Shown here piece by piece: positions 22,853-28,006 of a DNA stretch of 28,006 nucleotides (position 1 is its first letter; each line of letters starts with the position of its first letter). A program made the translations under genes and the position numbers. A model generated the notes under the pieces. The model had not been told where the DNA came from. It saw only the letters and a list, made by a program, of their open reading frames with translations, and did not search any database. Where the stretch lies: UHGV virus genome UHGV-0119633. One strand, written 5' to 3'. Source of the stretch: a virus.

Positions 22853-23077
22853 TCATTCTCCTTTCTTATTAAACACACTCAACATCTCATTCTCCTCATC
22901 GCAGAATTTGATACATGGTGGTTCTACTCGCTTAACACCATCCTCAAATTCAACTAGTCCATATACTCCACTTTGCCCAGACGAATTAGTATAATGCTCC
23001 CAGGTATGAAAATATCCATAACTTCCTCTAACTGTACAGAGTCGTCGTTCTTGTTTAACTACCATTTCCCAAGCCAT
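22853..23077 (-). CDS. hypothetical protein (74 aa)
   Basis: Start at ATG 23075-23077 (MAWEMVV) with AAGGAGAATAAC RBS. Confidence 0.5.
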   Translation of the reverse strand: MAWEMVVKQERRLCTVRGSYGYFHTWEHYTNSSGQSGVYGLVEFEDGVKRVEPPCIKFCDEENEMLSVFNKKGE

Positions 23078-23078
23078 G

Positions 23079-23504
23079 TTATTCTCCTTTCTTATTACAT
23101 TTGCTACTCTCACAATCGAAATAATTTACAAAGTTATCTTCCTTGCACTCCTCACACGGATAAATATAAGGATCATGGTTTCGAAAACTTGCTCTATGAT
23201 ATACAGGCCTGCCATAACATTCGCAGCGATGATCTTTCTTATAAGAGTTTGCTCCATAAGCTTGCTGCTCTTCTTCTGTAAAGTTCAAATATCCACAATC
23301 ATTACAGTCTGGCACACGGATATTCATACACTTTGTTAAGAATTCTGGTGGATTCGACTGCTTTATTTTTTCAGTTATATCCCGCAATTCAGACCAAAGA
23401 TTATCAATAGCATCTTTCTTCCCGTCTCGATAACCTTTATCGTATCCTTCCATAGCAGAAGTAGCGATAAGTTCGTTATACTCTTTGTCCGACAAAACGA
23501 TCAT
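23079..23504 (-). CDS. Cys-rich protein (141 aa)
   Basis: ORF track; RBS AAAGGAGAG; multiple CxxC pairs. Confidence 0.55.
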   Translation of the reverse strand: MIVLSDKEYNELIATSAMEGYDKGYRDGKKDAIDNLWSELRDITEKIKQSNPPEFLTKCMNIRVPDCNDCGYLNFTEEEQQAYGANSYKKDHRCECYGRPVYHRASFRNHDPYIYPCEECKEDNFVNYFDCESSKCNKKGE

Positions 23505-23518
23505 TGCTACTCTCCTTT

Positions 23519-23845
23519 CTATAATACTTCCGTAAGAATCCTGAAATCTTTAAATGTGTTGTTTTCCATAGTTACCTCAACTGGTTTATTCAGAAGTTCT
23601 GATACATAATTTACTTTTGCATCTTTTAATATCCGGTCAACTTCTTCAATAGATTTTGTGACTGTCGCCTCTCGGTTTAAATCTTTCCATTTGCATTCTG
23701 GACTAATATTGACGGTATATTTTCCGCCATCCATAACACTACTTCCGCCCATACGAAAGCCGAGCTGCAAACCGATTAGAAACGGATAATCTCTAATAGT
23801 TCCAAACTCGGCAAAAGTAATTTTCCCTAATTCTTTAGTTGTCAT
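23519..23845 (-). CDS. hypothetical protein (108 aa)
   Basis: Start at ATG 23843-23845 (MTTKELG) with AAAGGAGAACAAA RBS. Confidence 0.55.
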   Translation of the reverse strand: MTTKELGKITFAEFGTIRDYPFLIGLQLGFRMGGSSVMDGGKYTVNISPECKWKDLNREATVTKSIEEVDRILKDAKVNYVSELLNKPVEVTMENNTFKDFRILTEVL

Positions 23846-23859
23846 TTTGTTCTCCTTTC

Positions 23860-24444
23860 TCAAAAATTGTCAAGGAAATGTTTATCATATCTCCATTTAT
23901 AAGGTCCGTGTTTCATCTGGTATTTCTTCTTATCTTCCTTACTCCAAAACACTGGTCTCATCTCGATTCCAGCATCTCGCAGCTTCTCCCAAATATCACG
24001 GTATTCGCCTCTAATTATAGCGGATCTATGAGAAGGTGCTGGCCTAGTAAAATCAATCGGTTCTTCATTTACAGAAAGAAGCTGATGAAGCATCTCGGCG
24101 GTAGTCTTTCCTGTTCTACGACCAGCATAAGCACAACCACTAAGAATATAATCCTTCTGCCAACCGAACAGTCGGAAACCTAGAGCCTTTTCTACAGCAT
24201 CGAAATTTACAGTGCAACAGTACTCTTTAGGTGCATGATATATCCATTCCGGTGGTTCTTCCTCAATCTTAATACTCATAAAATCCTTCTTACTCGCCTC
24301 TTTAAGTCCGTCCGCAATATATGGAAATTCATGAGTAAATAAAGGTCTTCCCATGATCTCTTCAGCATAAGCCTGGAAATCACTAAACTCTCCAATCAAA
24401 TATCCCGTGTAAGCACTTATAATAGCAGCCTCTCTTTTAGTCAT
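23860..24444 (-). CDS. hypothetical protein with internal Walker-A-like motif (AGRRTGKTT)
   Basis: ORF track 194 aa; RBS AAAGGAGAACAG; P-loop-like motif near residue 118, no other NTPase motifs recognised. Confidence 0.55.
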   Translation of the reverse strand: MTKREAAIISAYTGYLIGEFSDFQAYAEEIMGRPLFTHEFPYIADGLKEASKKDFMSIKIEEEPPEWIYHAPKEYCCTVNFDAVEKALGFRLFGWQKDYILSGCAYAGRRTGKTTAEMLHQLLSVNEEPIDFTRPAPSHRSAIIRGEYRDIWEKLRDAGIEMRPVFWSKEDKKKYQMKHGPYKWRYDKHFLDNF

Positions 24445-24820
24445 ACTGTTCTCCTTTCTCAGAAACTATCTCAATACTACAGGAAGCAGGGGTCGCGTCC
24501 TTATAAATAGAAGAAGCACAGAATACAATACCGAATATTAGATCCTCGTCTGCGCCAGTTAACCTTCCTATCGTGACACCGTTCTCATCTTTGATAGGTT
24601 TGTTTTCTACTTGTTCCGTCGTTAAGTGGTCGGTATTATTCATAGCGACATTAACAAACTCTTCAGTACACCAAATATCATCGACAATCATTTTATTCTC
24701 CTTTCTAGCTGCATCTAGAAATATCTCATACCTATAGCAATCCTCACATTCACCCGGATATGGCGAATGCTCATCACATTTCTCTTCATTAAAATATCCA
24801 CAATCAGGGTATATTTTCAT
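24437..24820 (-). CDS. Cys-rich protein (127 aa)
   Basis: ORF track; RBS AAAGGAGAAAG. Confidence 0.55.
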   Translation of the reverse strand: MKIYPDCGYFNEEKCDEHSPYPGECEDCYRYEIFLDAARKENKMIVDDIWCTEEFVNVAMNNTDHLTTEQVENKPIKDENGVTIGRLTGADEDLIFGIVFCASSIYKDATPASCSIEIVSEKGEQYD

Positions 24821-25048
24821 TCACTTTCTCCTTTCATAACTCTCCTTTACATGATCAATCCTCTTACCATTACCATCCAGAATCATCGGACCTTTTCTAC
24901 CCATTACGATAGTAGATCCTTCCGGTAAATCGGCAAATATCTCAAGCATTTTCTTTTGATACACAGTAAGTTTTATGCCGGATACTTTTTCGACGAAATC
25001 GACAATATTTAATTCCGGCAATTGTTCAATTAAAGCTTTTTCTTCCAT
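24821..25048 (-). CDS. hypothetical protein (75 aa)
   Basis: ORF track; SD AAAGGAGAAAC at long spacing (TGATATTT-type spacer). Confidence 0.5.
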   Translation of the reverse strand: MEEKALIEQLPELNIVDFVEKVSGIKLTVYQKKMLEIFADLPEGSTIVMGRKGPMILDGNGKRIDHVKESYERRK

Positions 25049-25072
25049 TAAATATCACTTGTTTCTCCTTTT

Positions 25073-25408
25073 CTACTTATCAAAATTCCTAACTTCATTA
25101 ATACTAAAACCGGCAATATCACAGGCTCCAGTATCAGTTGGCGTATACCTTGCACCTTCGATTGACGGATACATGAATTCGATCATTGCAAAGTTAGCCA
25201 CATCAGCTAGGAACTCTGTATTTCCGGTTTCTTTGTACTTTTGAATGCGCTTCTCAATATTTCCTAACGCATCCATACACTTGAACTTATCGTAGTTTTC
25301 TTTCATAGGTCCGTACTTATAATAAGACATAACCATCATATCTTTACGAATCTTATCAAACCTTTCAGAATATTCAGTCTTTAAAATATCTTCTATCGCT
25401 TTACTCAT
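25073..25408 (-). CDS. hypothetical protein (111 aa)
   Basis: ORF track; RBS GAGGAGGATTAA. Confidence 0.55.
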   Translation of the reverse strand: MSKAIEDILKTEYSERFDKIRKDMMVMSYYKYGPMKENYDKFKCMDALGNIEKRIQKYKETGNTEFLADVANFAMIEFMYPSIEGARYTPTDTGACDIAGFSINEVRNFDK

Positions 25409-25699
25409 TTAATCCTCCTCGCTATAATCCTCAATTTTAATTCCTAATAAGATTTTCCACATTTTCTTTTGTAACCAGTTAAAGTGTTGGTTCACTTTAA
25501 TAATAGTAGCAAAACAATTTTTACCTATAGTCAGTTTCGAACCATTTTTGATTTTAGGAATATAAATAGTCCCGATTCCTTGTTCTAAAGTTGGTTCTTC
25601 TTTCTCGTCTTTAATAGGTCGATTCGCAAAATAAACCAATAAGACTATACCGACTATAGCGAAACCAAATAAACCCAAAGCTATTAAAATATCAATCAT
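25409..25699 (-). CDS. membrane-anchored protein (N-terminal TM, MIDILIALGLFGFAIVGIVLLV)
   Basis: ORF track; RBS GGAGGTAA; shares MIDILIA N-terminus with 26466-26822. Confidence 0.55.
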   Translation of the reverse strand: MIDILIALGLFGFAIVGIVLLVYFANRPIKDEKEEPTLEQGIGTIYIPKIKNGSKLTIGKNCFATIIKVNQHFNWLQKKMWKILLGIKIEDYSEED

Positions 25700-25899
25700 T
25701 TATTACCTCCAAACGGTGTTCTCACAGTAACATCTTCTCTGAACTCTTTACATCGAACAGAGGCCTCAAAAATATCACTAATAGTTTCTCCAAGTTTTTC
25801 GATTCCTCTTTTTGCATCCAAGAAATCCTGCTGATAATCCATTTTGCATACGCTTTTATGAATACATTTTTCACAACTTGTTTCTCCTTTAAATATCAT
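25696..25899 (-). CDS. small Cys-containing protein (67 aa)
   Basis: Start at ATG 25897-25899 with AAAGGAGAAAACT RBS. Confidence 0.5.
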   Translation of the reverse strand: MIFKGETSCEKCIHKSVCKMDYQQDFLDAKRGIEKLGETISDIFEASVRCKEFREDVTVRTPFGGNK

Positions 25900-25912
25900 A
25901 GTTTTCTCCTTT

Positions 25913-26239
25913 CTAATAAACACCCATCTTCCTAGCAAACTCTAGTATTTCCTCCATAGTTAACCACTCAGGTTTATCATTCTCGTCGAAAGAATTCCAA
26001 ATATCTTTCATGTTCTGGATATGCTGCTTTTCATCTTTAGCCCAGAGAACGTTAGCACTTCCTCCAATCCTCAAGTAATACTCACAATCCTGTCTCATTC
26101 TGTCTAACATCATATATCTGAAACGCTTTTCTGATTTCAAAATATCTTTCATGGTTAACAGCCCCTTCATTTTTTGTAATAAATCTTTCTTTACCGGAAG
26201 AGCAGGTTTTTCTTTAGTTAAATAAAAATAAGTTACCAT
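25913..26239 (-). CDS. hypothetical protein (108 aa)
   Basis: Start at ATG 26237-26239 with AAAGGAA RBS. Confidence 0.5.
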   Translation of the reverse strand: MVTYFYLTKEKPALPVKKDLLQKMKGLLTMKDILKSEKRFRYMMLDRMRQDCEYYLRIGGSANVLWAKDEKQHIQNMKDIWNSFDENDKPEWLTMEEILEFARKMGVY

Positions 26240-26256
26240 AGACATTCCTTTCATTT

Positions 26257-26454
26257 CTAATCCGTATATTCATGAACTGTATTTAGAACTTTACTAGCAC
26301 CAGAACAACCGCCTATTTCGATAGATAACGTGGCTAAATGTTCTGTTAAATACGTCGCAGCTTCAATATCGTTAACGTATTTGTTACATATGATCTGACA
26401 GGCTGCGATTCGTTTAAGCAATTCGTCCTGTTTATTTTTAGTTAATAGTTTCAT
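26257..26454 (-). CDS. hypothetical small protein (65 aa)
   Basis: Start at ATG 26452-26454 with AAAGGAGAGG RBS. Confidence 0.5.
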   Translation of the reverse strand: MKLLTKNKQDELLKRIAACQIICNKYVNDIEAATYLTEHLATLSIEIGGCSGASKVLNTVHEYTD

Positions 26455-26465
26455 AACCTCTCCTT

Positions 26466-26822
26466 TCATTTGTATTCAAATAGCACTTGCGTATCTGGAC
26501 TGCATTCTTTTCGTTCTTCTTTTTCGCAATATGGGCAACCAAACTTGTCGTAGTTTAGATGCTTACAAAATTCACAAGTTCTTAAAAACGGAACTGGAAA
26601 ATTACCAAAATCCCAGAAAGATATCTCCCCGCACTTAGAACATTTATACTTAATGATTCCGTCATTATCCTCTATAAATTGTCCATTTTTAATAAGTTCG
26701 TTGATGCACTTAGGACAATATATGAAGGTATGTTGTTTGTTCTTATTTCCATGTTTGATAATGAAGTCTAACATTATAGACCACACCATAATGATTATCA
26801 CTGCTATTAAAATATCAATCAT
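26466..26822 (-). CDS. membrane-anchored multi-CxxC zinc-ribbon protein
   Basis: Start at ATG 26820-26822 (MIDILIAVIIIMVW); four CxxC pairs. Confidence 0.55.
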   Translation of the reverse strand: MIDILIAVIIIMVWSIMLDFIIKHGNKNKQHTFIYCPKCINELIKNGQFIEDNDGIIKYKCSKCGEISFWDFGNFPVPFLRTCEFCKHLNYDKFGCPYCEKEERKECSPDTQVLFEYK

Positions 26823-26833
26823 ACTTACTCCTT

Positions 26834-27286
26834 TCATCTATGCTGATCGCAGCACCCATTATCGTAATCGAATTCTTCTCGATCTAATGCGCAGTAATAG
26901 CCAGATATGTTATCGCAAGTCTCTTCATCATAATAGTCTTCAAAATCACAATGAACACACTCCCCGCAGCAATGTTTTTCTCTAATATCTTCAACATTCG
27001 CATACTCATCATCTCCGGTTAAACGTAATAATTCTTTAATCTCATCGTCTGTTAAATCGAGTTCACCAGAGTTAAGTCTACTTCTCAAATATTCTGAAAA
27101 TACAACATCCGAATTACTTGTATAATCAGAAATGATATCACCTAACTTGTCATAAGCATCCGGTCCTTCTCCATATTCCTCAGCACATTTCTTACTATTC
27201 GGAATATAGTACATACACTGATCTCCGGAAACATCACAATAGTATCTTCCTTCATCCGGATCAAATTTTGCAGCTTTACAAGACAT
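26834..27286 (-). CDS. Cys-rich acidic protein (150 aa)
   Basis: Start at ATG 27284-27286 (MSCKAAKF) with AAAGGAGAAAACT RBS. Confidence 0.5.
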   Translation of the reverse strand: MSCKAAKFDPDEGRYYCDVSGDQCMYYIPNSKKCAEEYGEGPDAYDKLGDIISDYTSNSDVVFSEYLRSRLNSGELDLTDDEIKELLRLTGDDEYANVEDIREKHCCGECVHCDFEDYYDEETCDNISGYYCALDREEFDYDNGCCDQHR

Positions 27287-27305
27287 AGTTTTCTCCTTTC
27301 TACAA

Positions 27306-27590
27306 TTAACAAAATTCAAGTCCATACCAAGTATCATTGATTTTAGTTACTTTTAATTTGTCTTCATAATACTCGTTTTTATAATTATCAATCAGCTTCT
27401 TTTTAGCTTTTGATAAATTTGTAAACCATTCCTTATCATACATATCGTAATCCCATTCCCAACTGTCTGGTTCAGTCGCTGTACCGAAGCTATCAATAAT
27501 AAAGCTATCCTTGCCTAAGAACCCGACAGTATCGACTAAGATACCATCGTCGTAAATACAATATACTTTTCTACCGATTTTAGGTTTCAT
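27306..27590 (-). CDS. hypothetical protein (94 aa)
   Basis: ORF track; RBS AAAGGAGATATAA. Confidence 0.55.
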   Translation of the reverse strand: MKPKIGRKVYCIYDDGILVDTVGFLGKDSFIIDSFGTATEPDSWEWDYDMYDKEWFTNLSKAKKKLIDNYKNEYYEDKLKVTKINDTWYGLEFC

Positions 27591-27960
27591 TTATATCTCC
27601 TTTTAAAACATAATTTGAAATCCAGTTTTCATTTGATAACTTATCTTTATCTTTCCTTTCCTCATATGCCTGTTTTGCTTTTGTAAAAAGGTCTATTTTG
27701 TCTTGTAGATATGAATCATAAAAACAACCATATTTGTTGTAGTCTTCAATAACTGCTTTGCAATATTCAATGAAATTTTTATCTTCTTCATGACCGCCAA
27801 TATTTATAGAACCAGCAAGATAATTACCGCATTCACATTTGTAATGTTTTATAGGTCTACCATAACCACCTCGCATATTATTGATTGTATATTCATCTCT
27901 GTAAATATCGTTACTGCTAATTTCCTCTTTGCTGCATTTTGGACAGTAAAATAGTCTCAT
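27580..27960 (-). CDS. zinc-ribbon protein (126 aa, CPKC...CECG)
   Basis: ORF track; RBS GAGGTGGA. Confidence 0.55.
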   Translation of the reverse strand: MRLFYCPKCSKEEISSNDIYRDEYTINNMRGGYGRPIKHYKCECGNYLAGSINIGGHEEDKNFIEYCKAVIEDYNKYGCFYDSYLQDKIDLFTKAKQAYEERKDKDKLSNENWISNYVLKGDINET

Positions 27961-28006
27961 TGATCCACCTCATTTCAAACTTAAATAATTTATTCATCGT
28001 TTTATT

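Noticed and set aside
964-27000. All plus-strand ORFs in the track (e.g. 964-1158, 2210-2449, 7891-8166, 17066-17479, 20390-20794, 26653-26985)
   Set aside because: Each lies antisense inside a well-supported minus-strand gene, lacks an SD and has low-complexity translations; treated as frame shadows.
1-28006. tRNA, rRNA or CRISPR array
   Set aside because: No GTTCGAATC-type T-arm with cloverleaf context and no regularly spaced repeat-spacer array; the direct repeats present are two to four copies with promoter or operator context.

Overview
This window looks like part of a large lytic phage genome from a low-GC Gram-positive host, with nearly all genes on the minus strand. I call about 75 tightly packed minus-strand ORFs, most under 130 aa, nearly all with GGAGG-type ribosome-binding sites and many joined by ATGA/GTGA stop-start overlaps. 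Assignments I can support from sequence: NrdG (anaerobic RNR activase), a MazG-like pyrophosphohydrolase, a LemA-family protein with a 2-TM partner, an SF2 helicase, a vWA/MIDAS protein with a TROVE/Ro60-like N-terminus, a ThyX-like protein lacking the RHR motif, two XRE-family HTH proteins each preceded by a small basic RHH-like gene, a Bro-N-like protein, a zinc-finger/HTH_17 protein, a DUF3307-like membrane protein, an HNH endonuclease fragment at the window start, and many small Cys-rich proteins. Non-coding signals: a ~32-bp intergenic motif present 13 times (candidate phage promoter), rho-independent terminators, a stereotyped gene junction AAGGAGGATTGATATTT(T)ATG, operator-like tandem repeats, and two long structured leaders that may be small RNAs or attenuators. 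No tRNA, rRNA or CRISPR array was seen. All family calls are by-eye motif recognition and need HMM or structure confirmation; no single 'system' could be pinned down, so the candidates are ranked in the findings.
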